DNA of 64,000 nt from positions 12,648,001 through 12,712,000 of the forward strand of contig CP075497.1 in the NCBI GenBank assembly GCA_021613535.1. Direction: 5' to 3'. Position numbers and translations under genes: made by a program. Position 1 is the stretch's first letter, and each line of letters begins with the position of its first letter. A model generated the notes under the pieces. The model saw only the letters and a program-made list of their open reading frames with translations. It had not been told where the DNA came from and made no database searches. This stretch comes from Adineta vaga (Eukaryota; Animalia; Rotifera). Shown here piece by piece: positions 26,193-38,785 of the stretch.

Positions 26193-26980
26193 TACAGAAC
26201 AAACATGCGACTTCACGCAAAGCATAAGCACTGTCAATAATATGGTTCTCTATTTGCGTGAGCTGCACTTGCAATGAGGTAGTTCGAGCAGCATTTAAAG
26301 AAAAAAATCAAGATTTAACATTTAAGTTTGTAGAGAAACCTAATAAATTCAGTGTTATTGTCAAGAATATTTGGATCCGCATTTTCCTCCTGATTGCGGA
26401 AACATTTTGGATAACTTGAGGATGCATATAAACCTAAAACAAAGATTGTTTATTGAATATCCTATAGAAAGAGAATACGATAGACGAAATATAATTGAAA
26501 ATAAAAGATAAGAATTTCATACATTGATCGAATATCTGAATTAGATACTTGTCTACACATATCCACAACTCAACTTAGCAATCTGAATGGATAGAACTTC
26601 TTTGTCGAGGAGTAGTCTTTTTTATATGTCATTAGGTTGAGGAAGGTCATTAGTTTCGAAAAAAAAAGTTCTGTTCGTAAATAGCTGACGATCATTTTTT
26701 CGTAATGACCTCTTCAGCTATTCGATAAGAAAGCTCGACAAGAAAAAAAGAGCAGTTTTTCATCTTTTTGTAATCGAAGATTCTCATCTCGTATAAATCT
26801 TTTTTGTTTGTTTAGTCATAAAGTTTGCAACGAAATTTGATTGATATTTACCTGTTCATTTGTTCGTTTTAACTAAGATTCATTTTTTTCGTTAAAATTC
26901 TAATTGAAATTTAAAAGACCATTATATGCTAAATCTCGAATAACGTGATCTCTCATTATGTTTAGAATATTCACATGTAT

Positions 26981-27169
26981 CCCAGGTGAATCTTGCTCTG
27001 TCGGATGCGGATAGTTTCAACCGGGTTCTGTCGTGTTATGCCGGAATCTTTGCCATAGGATTCCGAGCATCGGTTCGTACCGAATTTCTATCATTTCTCA
27101 CAGTGATCTTGTCGGATTCCGACGTGAATTCCGCGTCGGAATCCTACGGCAAAGATTGTTTGACCTGGG
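26981..27169. mobile_element. CCCAGG-type MITE
   Basis: cccaggt..aatctt..gc / ggcaaagattgtttgacctggg termini; internal cggaatc/gattccg stems. Confidence 0.7.
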
Positions 27170-28617
27170 TACATCGATATTCATTTCTCTTTCTACGATG
27201 TACAGAGAGAGAGAGATAGTAGAAGAAAATAGCATAATGAATCTTTTGTGTCTCCGTCTTTTTCATATAGTCACTGTGTAGTGATTCACATCTAGGCCTT
27301 AAAATGATCCAAGGTTCGTCGAGATCGATCTTCAAATCGACCTGACGCTCTTCCGTGTGCTGATGTACCTGAACTACCGACAGTATCCACCATTTTCCGC
27401 ATCTCCTCCAACAGATTATACGATGGCATTCTAAAATTACGAAAATAAATTTATTTTCACATATCGAATTAAGTGAATAGATTTTTTTATAAAACGTATG
27501 TACCCAAGCATACGTTTAGTATAAAATTCATAAACCCTCGAAAAGTGTGATCTCCTATTACATATGAAATATTCACCCATGCACTAGTATTTATATTTCT
27601 TCACACCACAGAAAAGTGAAATGAATCTATTTTTATCTGTTATATTTTCTATATAGTAATCGTGATGATTCATGTCTAGGTCATAAAATTAAGATACTGC
27701 TATTATCATTCCAATTGACAAAATTCTATCCAAACATTGGATGATGTAATTGAACTTCTCTGCAGGTCTCACAATAATGTGCGTATATCTGATTAACATT
27801 TGATAATTATTTCTACCTCAAATGATATCATAGCTGAAGAGCACAGAATAGTTTCACCACTCTAGCATGATAAATCAAAAATATCTTGGAAATAAAATAT
27901 CAATCTATGTTTTATAGCTACTAAATTTGTAATTACTGATTCCAACCACCTTTTATACATATATAGGATTATGACTGAGAATATCGAAATATTTGTATGA
28001 CATAAAAGAAGATGATATGTACACTATTCGATGTTCAAGTAGACTATAATAACAAAAATTCATCATATAACGAATTACAAACATCCTCTTTGCTCTCTGT
28101 CTTTATCAAATTAAAGAAGGATTCCACGTACATAATATGTTTATCAATAAATGAGACTCTATTGTACGTCATATATTCATTTTTCTAATTGGTTCAAACG
28201 ACTTCATACCGATTTCAATTTTTATCTTGATTGAAATGTAGATTCAAATTCGGTAACGATAGATCACTGTTGTTTCAGAGCCTAAACAAATCAGTTTGAT
28301 TACTACTACAAAAATCCTTATTGGACAAAATATTAATTGTTTTCACAGATCAATTGGTCTTGAAATCAAATCATTGATCAATAATTTGACCCAGTCGTAT
28401 TTGTTTTTTCCTAGAAAATAAATTAGATAACCTTTTTTCTTCAAATTATCATAATCTTTTATTGATTTGTAACAAGAAAAGTGTGTAAAAACAGCTAGTA
28501 TTTGTTTTCTCTTCGAATATTTTTAACAATTTCATTGATTATCATTGAAATTTCTGAGATATTTCATTTGACTAATTAATAAAGATAACAATTGAATAGA
28601 GAAAAAAAAGAAATGTT

Positions 28618-30189
28618 CTAGTCAAGTTTATATATTTTAAGCATATTTGGTTTTTCCATTCTAATAGCCATAATTGATGAATCAGGTGAAATGGAAATAT
28701 TTCGAATATTTTTAATTTTAGTTTCTTTGACCAATCTTGTTTTTCCTTGTTGATCAACAATCCAAAGTTTATTAGTAAACCAATTAACAAATAACCAACG
28801 TTGATCTTGTAAAGGAATTAACATTGAAAAGAATTTATGTTGATTTTCTCCTGAATCCATAGCAACACCACGTCTAACCCTAACCATATCATGTGACATT
28901 AAATCCAATCGCCATTTTAAATCATCATTTTGCATAATTGATAAACAAATATGTTCATTATCACATCGAACATCACGTATTCCAATATCTTTAATTTCTG
29001 AACATTCATTTTTCGAAAATCTCTTTTGTAAAGTCCATTCTAATGATGAATCGACACGATATTGATCAATATGAATACCTTTATGATAATTTATGTATAA
29101 ATCTCGATTAAATGATGATAAAGATGCTAAAACATGTGAACGATCTAATGGTTTAATTGTTTCAATTTTAATTGGATATGTTGAAAGATTTTTAATTGGA
29201 TCATAGAAATAAACTGAATGTATTGTTAAGATTAGAAATACGGTTATTGATGACATCCAACAAATATCCACTAAGATTCCTAAACAGAAGAATTGAATCG
29301 ATAAAACGAAGAAAGAAAGAAAACTGACCATAATCATTATCATTCCATTCAAATTCGTGAATTTTTTTATTTAAATCAAATAAAATTAATTTTTTATTAT
29401 CATGAATAAGAATAAATTGACTTGATAAAGCTAATGTTGACGAATTTGTTTCTAAGAAATATGATTTTAATGGTTCAGGATTCGTTGCAAAAATTTCCAA
29501 TAAATCTTTTGAATTTTCTTTTTTCTTTTTCTTTTTCAAATTATTTTCTTCTTTTTTATTTTCATCATCACTTAGATTTTCTAAAGGATCTTTTTCTCCA
29601 TCCGTTAAACGAGCAGCTAATGCCATTTTAGCGATACGAATTGGTACAGAGAAATTTTTTATATCAGGTAATTGAACATTTATCCATGAACCATCACGAA
29701 TTGCATCACATTCACTTCGAATATTATTTACAATTGTCTAAAAAAACAAAACAGATTTAATTTTTCAATGAATTTTTCTCTTTATACTTGAATTTTATCA
29801 ATTTTCTTTGGATCAGAATTCGATTGATTTAATTTTGGAATAATTTTATTTTTCAATTGTTCAATCATATTTTGTTGATATTGAATTAAATTTGGTTGAA
29901 TTTCATTTTGAAATAATTGATTTAAATCATTTAAACGTTGATTAAATATTTGAGAAAGATGATTAACAGCTGATAAATGCCAATTTTCTAAATCTTCTTG
30001 ACATTTCAAATGAATATGTGTTAAGGAAAATGTTTCTAACAGATTCAATTGTTCATTAACTATTTCTGATAATGTATAAACTGAATCAGATAATGATTGT
30101 GATGAACATATATGTTCTTTTCCATCTTTTTTTAAACATTCATAACAATATTTACAATTATTTTCTTTATCTTTATCATTTAATGACAT
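28618..30189 (-). CDS. Zn-knuckle + coiled-coil + C-terminal beta-propeller-like protein
   Basis: Three exons (ORF pieces 29782-30237, 29201-29626, 28618-29352) linked by introns at ~29738-29785 and ~29280-29326. CxxCxxC..H.C N-terminus, helical middle, beta-rich C-terminus (IRNISISPDSSIMAI). Confidence 0.8.
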
Positions 30190-31067
30190 TTTTATTAATG
30201 AAGAATATTTCTTCAATTCTTTCCCGGTTTTAAACAAAGAATTTCTCTTTCAACCAATTGAATTTCTTCTTTTGTACAATTCAAATGCATTAATGTGTTC
30301 AAATTCATTTTAAAAGAAATTTAAAAAATTTACATGAGAGAAGAAGACATGTGGAATTATAAGTACATAAATATGGAATAATTTTTGATTACATTTACTT
30401 TCTAACATAGAAGAAGAGAAGAAGAAAAAAAGAAAACGTTCGCCACATCGGGTCTGTTTTTTTTTCTTTTAAAAAGCGATGATTTTTTTTCTTTTCTAAC
30501 TGAATAAGCCTATGATGTCGACGACAAGTTATGTTTTATTCCAATGTCATTTTTTGAATTCTGACAAATGTATTAGAGAAATTTTTTCTCAAGAAGAGAG
30601 AATAAAAAGGACTTTTTTCTTCTTTTTTCTTTTTCTGCAAAGTGAGTTAACATTTTCTTTTAGAAGAATATCATTGAATCTTATTAGATATGGTTAAAAA
30701 AGGCTTTTCAGTATAGTTCCTCTGGGATTAGATTGTGAACTTCTCACAGTTCATTTTCGATGATAGAGTGTTCATAAGGAGAACCTGTCTGTAAGGGAGG
30801 AAGAAGTCAGACCCATATTTGTCGACGTGAAACTTCCAGACACTTTTATTTTTACTCGAAAAATCTATGTGAGTTCCAGAAAATATTTGATATTATTAAT
30901 CGTTAATTTTTTATTTCTTCATTTTGCATAATTCTTTGATTTGATTTAGTATAATATTTTCATAAGCAATTGATTTTAATTTTTTTCGATTCCGTTCTCT
31001 TCATATTAAACATACAAGGATATATAAATTTTGTTTAAGATCGTATTTGTTAAATGAATCAAATCCA

Positions 31068-32417
31068 ATGTATTGTCGGCCAATTCGTTTATTTAAAATC
31101 GTTTTAATTGCTTTATGTTTATCATTTTGTTTTTATGAAATTTATACATTTTTATTCAAATCAAAAAGAAATTTTAGAAAACAAACTGCAAATTTCACGG
31201 GAAATTTTTCATTGAAATCTTTGAAAGAATTTCAAGAAATAATTGAAATTCTTGAACCATTTACAGTTCATTTACCGAAATTTTCTGATGAAGAAGCAAA
31301 AAGTTGGTTTTATAATTCTTCTTATTATAAAATAAATTCAAAAAAATGTCCAAAAGATGATTGTGAAAAAAATGGAGTTTTATTTAATGATCCTAAAGAA
31401 CATTTAAATGTTAAATTAGCTTTTGTTAAAAATGGTCTTTATGCTAATGATGACTGTGGATATAATTATGGTGATGAAGCGATCAAACGGATATTTGAAA
31501 ATGATAACGAAGCTTCAGTAATTTATGATAAAGCATTTATTTATACTGTACCAGATGGTTGGGCATTTCAACATTTTCTTGATGGAATTGGTCCAAAATT
31601 ATCTCATTCATTTACCTATTTAAATAAAATTCCCGATGCTAAAGTACTCATTTTAAGAGGTGCACGATTTGATCGATCTGTTAAAGAAATTTGGGAAATG
31701 CTTGGTTTGTTTACACATATCTTTTTTCTTTTCTTTTCTTTTAAATATTTCTTTTGTAAAATTATAGGTGTTGAAGAATCTTCTCGATTAGTTCATTACA
31801 ATGGTGGAACAAGAGTTGGTGCTCATTTTTTAATAAATCCATGTCGTACACCTGGTATTCATCCACGTTTATGGCATAATGCAAGAAAAATGTACTGGTC
31901 TATATCAAATGTGACTAAAACAACTGATGATCAATCAAAACGGAAAAATTTCATTTATATACAAAGAACATCAACAAATGCAGCAAATGGTGCACGTCTT
32001 ATTTTAAATGATGATTCATTTACTGATTTATTAAAAAAGTATTGTGAAAAAAATTCTTTAAATTATATTCAATATGATCATTCAAAAGATTCAAATCATA
32101 TTAGATATCGTATTGAATTATTTTATAATGCTCGTTATATTATCGGTGTTCATAGTGGAGCTTTATCAAATATGAATTTTGCACAGTCAGGTACAACATT
32201 AATTGAAATAATGCCTTTTAGAGCAGCCACAAGTTCTCTTCCAATGACATGTTCGATGTTTAATCCACGTGATTTAAAAGCATGTGCTGGTTATATTTTA
32301 TATACACAATCGCAATTACTTAATCAAACTTATTGGATTTTACCAACTGTTGTTAATAATGATGGAAATATGAATATTAATTTAACTAGAGTTGAAAAAC
32401 TTCTTCAACAAATATAA
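31068..32417 (+). CDS. Glycosyltransferase family 61 (DUF563) type II membrane protein
   Basis: N-terminal TM; FQHFLDG; IYIQR...ARLILN; FYNARYIIGVHSGALSNMNF...LIEIMP motif. 63-bp intron at 31705-31767. Confidence 0.85.
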   Translation: MYCRPIRLFKIVLIALCLSFCFYEIYTFLFKSKRNFRKQTANFTGNFSLKSLKEFQEIIEILEPFTVHLPKFSDEEAKSWFYNSSYYKINSKKCPKDDCEKNGVLFNDPKEHLNVKLAFVKNGLYANDDCGYNYGDEAIKRIFENDNEASVIYDKAFIYTVPDGWAFQHFLDGIGPKLSHSFTYLNKIPDAKVLILRGARFDRSVKEIWEMLGLFTHIFFLFFSFKYFFCKIIGVEESSRLVHYNGGTRVGAHFLINPCRTPGIHPRLWHNARKMYWSISNVTKTTDDQSKRKNFIYIQRTSTNAANGARLILNDDSFTDLLKKYCEKNSLNYIQYDHSKDSNHIRYRIELFYNARYIIGVHSGALSNMNFAQSGTTLIEIMPFRAATSSLPMTCSMFNPRDLKACAGYILYTQSQLLNQTYWILPTVVNNDGNMNINLTRVEKLLQQI

Positions 32418-33924
32418 ATTATCTTTTGTTTTTGCTATTGTTATATTCATAAAACAAAAACATTTTAATAATACAATCATTTATTAGGAACAATCCTTTT
32501 TATGATCAGAATCAGTATCGAACGATTTATCATTTAAACCAAATGAAATCAAGTTTTTCTTTGACTAAATTTTGAAGTTATATTGAAACGTAGTGAACAA
32601 AAGTGTAGCAAAGAATATTTTATAAAAAATATAGCTATTCTATAAATATATTTGTAAAACAAAATTCGAAAGAACAAATGATTACGGTTTATAGTACAAT
32701 CATTACATGATTTATTGTTCATTTTGTGTCGGACAACAGAAAGTGGAAAACTTTGAATAAAGATGATTTTGATTAATTGTTATACTTTTGAGATAATTAT
32801 GTTTCACATCTTTACCTATGTTCTAGATACAATCGAATTGCCATCTTATTTCAATAAATTGATTAATATTAGATTGTGTTTCTTAGTATTTTTAGTTATA
32901 CTGTCAAAATATGGAAGATAGATCGTGGAACCGCTGTTTTTTGACCCTTGTAGTACCACCCACTTTTTGACAGTTTGTACACATACGAATGAGCTCTGGA
33001 CAAACGAGTTCCTTCAATCTCAAAATGGTTGTTCATCCCTTGCCCAACCCTCGTTCCACCATACTAAAGCTTCGCATATCACACCATACTGTGCAAGGAT
33101 TAAGCGTATCACTGAAGATCTGCTTTGATAATAATAATAGAATGATTGAATTCATTTTTATTTTTTTTCATGCTAGAAATAGAATTTGTCGTTGATTTTC
33201 TTCTCTTTCCTTTTTTTCAATACTCGTTGCTATTTATTAAACTGCGACGTTGTTATATCATAATTTATTAACAAAAAATAAAAAATAAACATATATATGT
33301 GCAGTTTTTTAGTCTGCTGTTTGATAAAATGAAGATTTTCTTTGCTTTTTCTCTTTCCTATAATGTGAATTTGTTGTGTAGTGTCATATACTTGGCAAAA
33401 GTCTTATTCAATAACTAATATTAACTACAGATTACTCGCTTGTGATAAATCGAGACGAACTTTCATAGAACGTATTTGGAACGGAAGAATGTATGAAGAT
33501 CCGTTTTTGAATGTACTCGAAAGGGCTCCCGCTAGAGGTCACCTCTTGTATGCGTCCGCGAGCGAGACTTTTTGTTCATGGTATTGGTCAACAATAAAAG
33601 CATCTTTTCTTTATAGCTTCATAACAAACAAAAAAGATACGACATCAAACAATTTCTCAGAAATAGAGAATAAGTTAAGAAAGTTTTAATAATTTTTGTT
33701 TTATATGAATATATCTATTGACTATAACTATAAGTAGTATTCCAAGCAGTTTTACATTTTAATCATACTCTCACGTTAATTGATACATATTAAACAGCAT
33801 ATAACATGCGAATAAAAAGCGTAGAGTAGAACTAGATTGAATTAGTACTTCTAAAACGTTCGGAAGAAATCTGATATTTATTTATTTATTTATTTATTTA
33901 TATCTATACTTTCTATTCACTATA

Positions 33925-34948
33925 ATGAGAAGTAAAACTCCGTTTTTTAGATTTAATTCTCAGTGGATTTAAATTATATGGCATCAACAGCAGAACAACT
34001 TACGAATACCACCCAGGTCGACCAATCCGATAGGATTTTGTAGGAACGTTGGATCCTATAGGGTCCTATCGGATTCGTCGATCTGGATAGTTCAAAGATC
34101 GCACATGCATTAAATGAGTCAAAGCAATTTTGTTGAGCGTTGACATTGGTAGAAGATTTAATTGATAAACATAATTTATGTTGTTATTTTTCACCTATGT
34201 AAAATATCGACTTAAGATTTGAAAATCTCTTTCATTTGGAGAAAGCAAAGCAACTTATCGATCAAACAAGAATTTTCATAATTAAATTATGCAACACAAT
34301 CAAGTTTACAATTGGTATTTTGCCAGATGAATATTGAACATTTCATGGTGATCCATACATAGTGAATGATTATGCTGATTATATTATGTTTACTCAAATA
34401 TTAATCAATGACTGTTTTGGAAGTAAAACAAATTTTAATGTTCAATTCCATATGGAAATTTTCTTTTTATTTATAAAGATTATTCATGAATTAAGTCATG
34501 CATTGACATTTCATTGTACTCGGATATATTTAACAAATGAAAAGGATGTGAATATTAAATTTCAAATACCAAAAACACATTGTTTACAAAGTGAATCCGG
34601 TGAAAGTATCGAACGTTTCTTATTTGGATCTGTAATTGATGCATTTAGTCAAAAACAAAAAGGAAAATACGTCATTCAATATTCAGTTTTATCGGATGGA
34701 AGAATATTAGATGTTGTTGGTGAAAATTGGATTAAATCATTTATTGATAAAGCATTGAATTTACGAAACATAATAAACATTGATGCCTATACCATTTAAC
34801 TATTTAGCAAAAAGTTTGAAAAGAAAACTTAAGTCTCAACCAAAAATCGTTCAGAGAAAGAAAAAAGCTTCGAAATTAAGAGAAATTAATTTGGACTCAA
34901 GCGATGATGACAATTATAATTTAATTGCAACGATTTTCAAATCATAAT
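33925..34948 (+). pseudogene. HEXXH zincin-like metallopeptidase pseudogene
   Basis: IIHELSHALT...SESGESIERFLFGS motif; in-frame stops upstream, MITE insertion and a frameshift near 34795. Confidence 0.55.
34012..34087. mobile_element. Short CCCAGG-type MITE
   Basis: cccaggtcgaccaatccgatagga...tcctatcggattcgtcgatctgga; same family as 19090. Confidence 0.75.
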
Positions 34949-35439
34949 TAAATGTATATTTCTCCTCTTATTGTATATGTATACACTGACTGTTAGTTTT
35001 TTCAATTCTATTCATCTTTTTTCTCTTTTCAAAATGTCTGATAATCTTTAAGAGAAATAAATTTCTCATTCCTTTTTCTAGACATTGATTATGTCATTAG
35101 TGCAAGAATTGAAAGAGTCCTAGATTATACTCTAGATAATAAACATGTGTATAAGTTATCTGAGATCTTTGAAGAGTATGAGTATTTCTTTAGTTTCGAT
35201 ATTTATGTTATTCAATATATCAATAGTGAACGAAGATATTGATGATTATCAGATCATATTATTTGATCAAAATATAATAAAGGTACAAAAAAATTTACAT
35301 TCGATATTTTGTCGTCGAATACTCATAATACAATCTATTTTATGTTATTATATTCGAGTATAATTTGATTGAGTTGTTGGTTTTTGAAAAAGTTTTCATT
35401 GATCATAATAAACAAAAATAAAACATCGATATGAGATTA

Positions 35440-35770
35440 CAAATAGAATATTCAAAATTTCTATCCAAGAAATATCAAAATTCAAGTGATGCAAAAAGAA
35501 ATGAAAAACTATTTTTAATGATTGATAATCTCTCGAGTCTATTTTCTACAAGATCATTATCAACATCAAGAGAATTGACTGATTAGTGAACAACTCAATA
35601 CAATTATTTTAATAATCAAAGAAATTACTCCATTGTAGACACCGTCGAGACTTGTAATAAAGATGGAAATATGAATGTTAATTTAAGTGGAGTTGAAAAG
35701 CTTCGTCAATAAATATAAATAATTCTTTGTTTTTGCTTTTGTTTTATTCATAAAATAAAAAAGTTTAATG
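35440..35770 (+). pseudogene. Heavily deleted relic of the GT61 gene (last codons + 3' UTR)
   Basis: 35662-35770 closely matches 32361-32470 (gatggaaatatgaat..ttaatttaa..gagttgaaaa..caa.aaatataaat...). Confidence 0.7.
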
Positions 35771-36420
35771 TTATCGTCGTTTATTGGGAACAGGCTTTTT
35801 AGGCTTTTTACGTTCAGAATCAGATGATTTATCATCAGAAGATGAATCTTCTTCTTCACTTGATTCGTCCTCACTTGTTTCATCTAAATTCAATGAAATG
35901 AAATTAAAATCTAAATGTAAAAATCTTTTCAAGGTTCTTTACCTGAACTTGTTTCATCAGATTTTTTATTATTTTTTATATTTGATGCTTTATTAAATGC
36001 TGAAATTCCGACTTTCGAATTGGGTGTATTTGCTGTTGCTGTCCTTGTTTGTACTGAACCAATACCAGAACGTGGTGTTCCTTGTGTTACTGTTGTCAAT
36101 GGACGTGTTGGAGGTTTTGGCCGTGAAGTTGATGTTGAAATTCCATTTGGTGTCGACGGTGGTAAAGTTCTCGCTATTTTATCTAATTTATCTTTTCTTG
36201 CTTGTTTTTCTCTTTGAAAAGCTTGATTTACATAGGATGGTTTATCTTGAACTTCTTCTGAATTATTTTTTGCAACTGAAGTTAAATCATAAGTATGACT
36301 TTTTTTAAATATACGACAACAGCAAAGACCTAAACGTTCTTTAAATGCATTAAATCCACTAATTTGTGAATCCCGTATTAAAGTATCATCACTCGCTGTA
36401 TTAGTCGTCATTTCAGACAT
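35771..36420 (-). CDS. Low-complexity protein with a CCC motif and an acidic/basic C-terminus
   Basis: Two exons (intron ~35885-35943); LGLCCCRIFKK; tail DETSEDESSEEEDSSSDDKSSDSERKKPKKPVPNKRR*. Confidence 0.75.
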
Positions 36421-36627
36421 GATCAAATAGAAATGTCAATTAGAAAGAAATTAACTCATGCATGAAAATATATTCATTTTTATCCGTGACAAGGAAAAAG
36501 AAAAAAAACGAAGAAAAAGAAGAAGAAGAACGAAAGAGAGAGAAAAAAAGAGATTCGTTATTACAAATCATTGATTCTATTGATTTTTCGACAACAACAG
36601 TCAATCCTTTTTCTTACGTCTCTCTAT

Positions 36628-36708
36628 GCTGCGATGGCCGAGTGGTTAAGGCGTCTGACTCGAAATCAGATGGGTTCTCCCGCGTAGGTTCGAATCCTAC
36701 TCGCAGCG
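36628..36708 (+). tRNA. trnS-CGA: tRNA-Ser(CGA)
   Basis: Acceptor GCTGCGA/TCGCAGC, D-loop GAGTGGTTAA, anticodon arm TCTGA-CTCGAAA-TCAGA, long variable arm, GGTTCGAATCC, followed by an oligo-T Pol III terminator. Confidence 0.97.
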
Positions 36709-36837
36709 CTTTCCTTTTTTTCTCTCAAAATATGACTCAATAATTATTAATCAGATATTTCATATTAAATTATATGATGAAATATAAAACGGAAGTCTTT
36801 TTTATTTTTAATAAGAAGAAAAAAGAGAAAAACTGAT

Positions 36838-37170
36838 TTAATTTAAATCAATAAGTTGTTCATCAGCATTTGTTTGATCAAGAATATTTTTGTCATCAAT
36901 ATTATTTATCTGATTCGATGGAGAAGAAGAAGAAGAAGAAGATGTTTTTCCAAAAAGTTGTTGGATTGTTTGTGTTAATAAAGTCGTCGGTTTTGTTTGT
37001 TTATTATCATTTTCTGATGTTAATATAAGAATATCATCATCATCATCATTATTATTTTTATTATTACTTTTGTCGATTTTTATTTCGTTTGTTGATTGAA
37101 GAACAAGTGAATCATCGTTATTCGAATTAGATTGATTATTTGTTGAATTCTTACGAAATAGAATATTCAT
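36838..37170 (-). CDS. Small Asn/Asp/Ser-rich disordered protein
   Basis: 110-aa ORF from the ATG at 37170, ending EQLIDLN*; head-to-head with CFAP90. Confidence 0.5.
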   Translation of the reverse strand: MNILFRKNSTNNQSNSNNDDSLVLQSTNEIKIDKSNNKNNNDDDDDILILTSENDNKQTKPTTLLTQTIQQLFGKTSSSSSSSPSNQINNIDDKNILDQTNADEQLIDLN

Positions 37171-37346
37171 TTTTCTTGACTGAAATGAAAAGAAAAGATT
37201 GATTTCTTTTCTGTTTTTTCTCTTCATATGTTTCGTCAAAAAAGCAACAAATAAGAAATAATCTTTTCCTCCTCTTGAGTGTCGCTTCTAAGAAACGATA
37301 GAATAAGAAGAGGAAAAAGAAAGGAGATATTTTCTCAGAAACAGAA

Positions 37347-37853
37347 ATGTCATCATCTTCGAAAGAAAAGATAGTTTTTGAAATAAATAATTCCAAATAT
37401 TCATTTCAAGGTTATTTATCTGAATTATCAGTTAATTCATTTATTAAACAAAATTCTTTTCAAGAAAATCAAGTAAAAATAAAAGATTTCAAATTTTTAA
37501 AAAATCTTTTTTTATTATAGAAAACTTCTCCTGTAGTTTATGATCAAATTTTTACAACGAAAACTAATTTTAATCCAAAAGCACATCGAGATGATCGACA
37601 ACATTCAAAATTTCATGGATTAAATCAAGCAAAACAGGTTGATAGTTATGACTGGATTTCTTCTCTTTTTTTTCTTATGAAATTTTTGTTTTTCTTCATT
37701 ATAAAGGAAAAAGAAAAGTGTTATCCAAGTCGTTCATCATCTGAATATGGTCGTCGAATTTGTCAATCGGATTATTCTAATGATCGATCACATGTGAAAA
37801 TTGAACATTTGAAAAAAGATTTTTATAGAAATAATGGAACTTCATTACCATAA
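37347..37853 (+). CDS. CFAP90: Cilia- and flagella-associated protein 90 (C5orf49/DUF4541) homolog
   Basis: Three exons (introns 37473-37520, 37638-37706), absent from the ORF track. YDQIF...FNPKAHRDDRTHSK.HGL...SSSEYGRR...DRSHVKI...DFYRNNG. Confidence 0.85.
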
Positions 37854-38019
37854 TCTATGCAATTTTCTTGGTCAATATTCACAAGCATCTTTATTTTCTT
37901 TCAAAAAACCAAATCTATATAATCTCTTCTAGTCATTCCTATATCTTCTCTTTGTCTTCTCAGCAAATTTATCATTCTCTGACAAACTCTTTAAAAAGTC
38001 TTTTTTTTATTGAAAGAGA

Positions 38020-38785
38020 ACCCAATAAAAATGAAATTGATATCTAATAGAAAAAGATTCTTCAGAAATTTAAGACAATTATTATCAAAATTCATTTGAG
38101 TGAATCTTTGAAATGTATCTCCAATATTCTATCGACTAATTGAAGAAAGACTCACAGAAAAAAGAATTCAACGTCTCCTAGGACTTCAGGATATACATTG
38201 GAACAGGCATTCTCGAAATCGAAAAATCTAAAGGTATTACATCAATTGTTTTAAGTTGAGAAAAACGTGTTTTTTACTACCAGTAAACCCACATAGAGAT
38301 AGATATTTAAATGATGAACAGAGAACTGCTTTACCTCTATTTAAAAGAATTTGACAAACAAAAAACTAATCCTTGAAAGAAAATCTTGATCTATTTTCAT
38401 CGAATGATGGATAACATAAGTAGATAATTGTATTTTCTCACTCTAATCAATGAAAATGTAGCATTATTAGTTAATCAACTTCATTTCTATGAGAATTACT
38501 GGAACGGTAATTATTTCAATAAAATTTGTTTGAATAAGATCATTTGTTCGTATTCGACAAGAATATTGTTGTGTTTTCATGTAACAATCTATTGAATCTT
38601 CTCGTTTTATTTCTTGTTCGAATCAAATTATTTACTATATGGAAATAATCAATGGTTTGATCAAATAATGGGAAATATTCAAGTATTTAAATTATCAGAT
38701 ATATATTTTTGGATTTAAAATTAGAGATAATACTTTGTATCGAAATATTCTATTTGATTATATACAATTAAATATTGTTAAATAG
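38020..38785 (+). pseudogene. Relic paralog of the 45450-46427 gene
   Basis: ~38617-38785 closely matches ~46259-46427 (FESNY..YGNNQWF.QIMG.IQVF...FDYIQLNIVK*); the 3' flanks are also similar. Confidence 0.75.

Noticed and set aside
23746-26360. Weak similarity between ~23750-23920 and ~26200-26340
   Set aside because: Too degenerate to assign a product or boundaries by eye.
36462-36743. 93-aa ORF overlapping the tRNA
   Set aside because: Chance ORF across a purine-rich promoter region and the tRNA gene.
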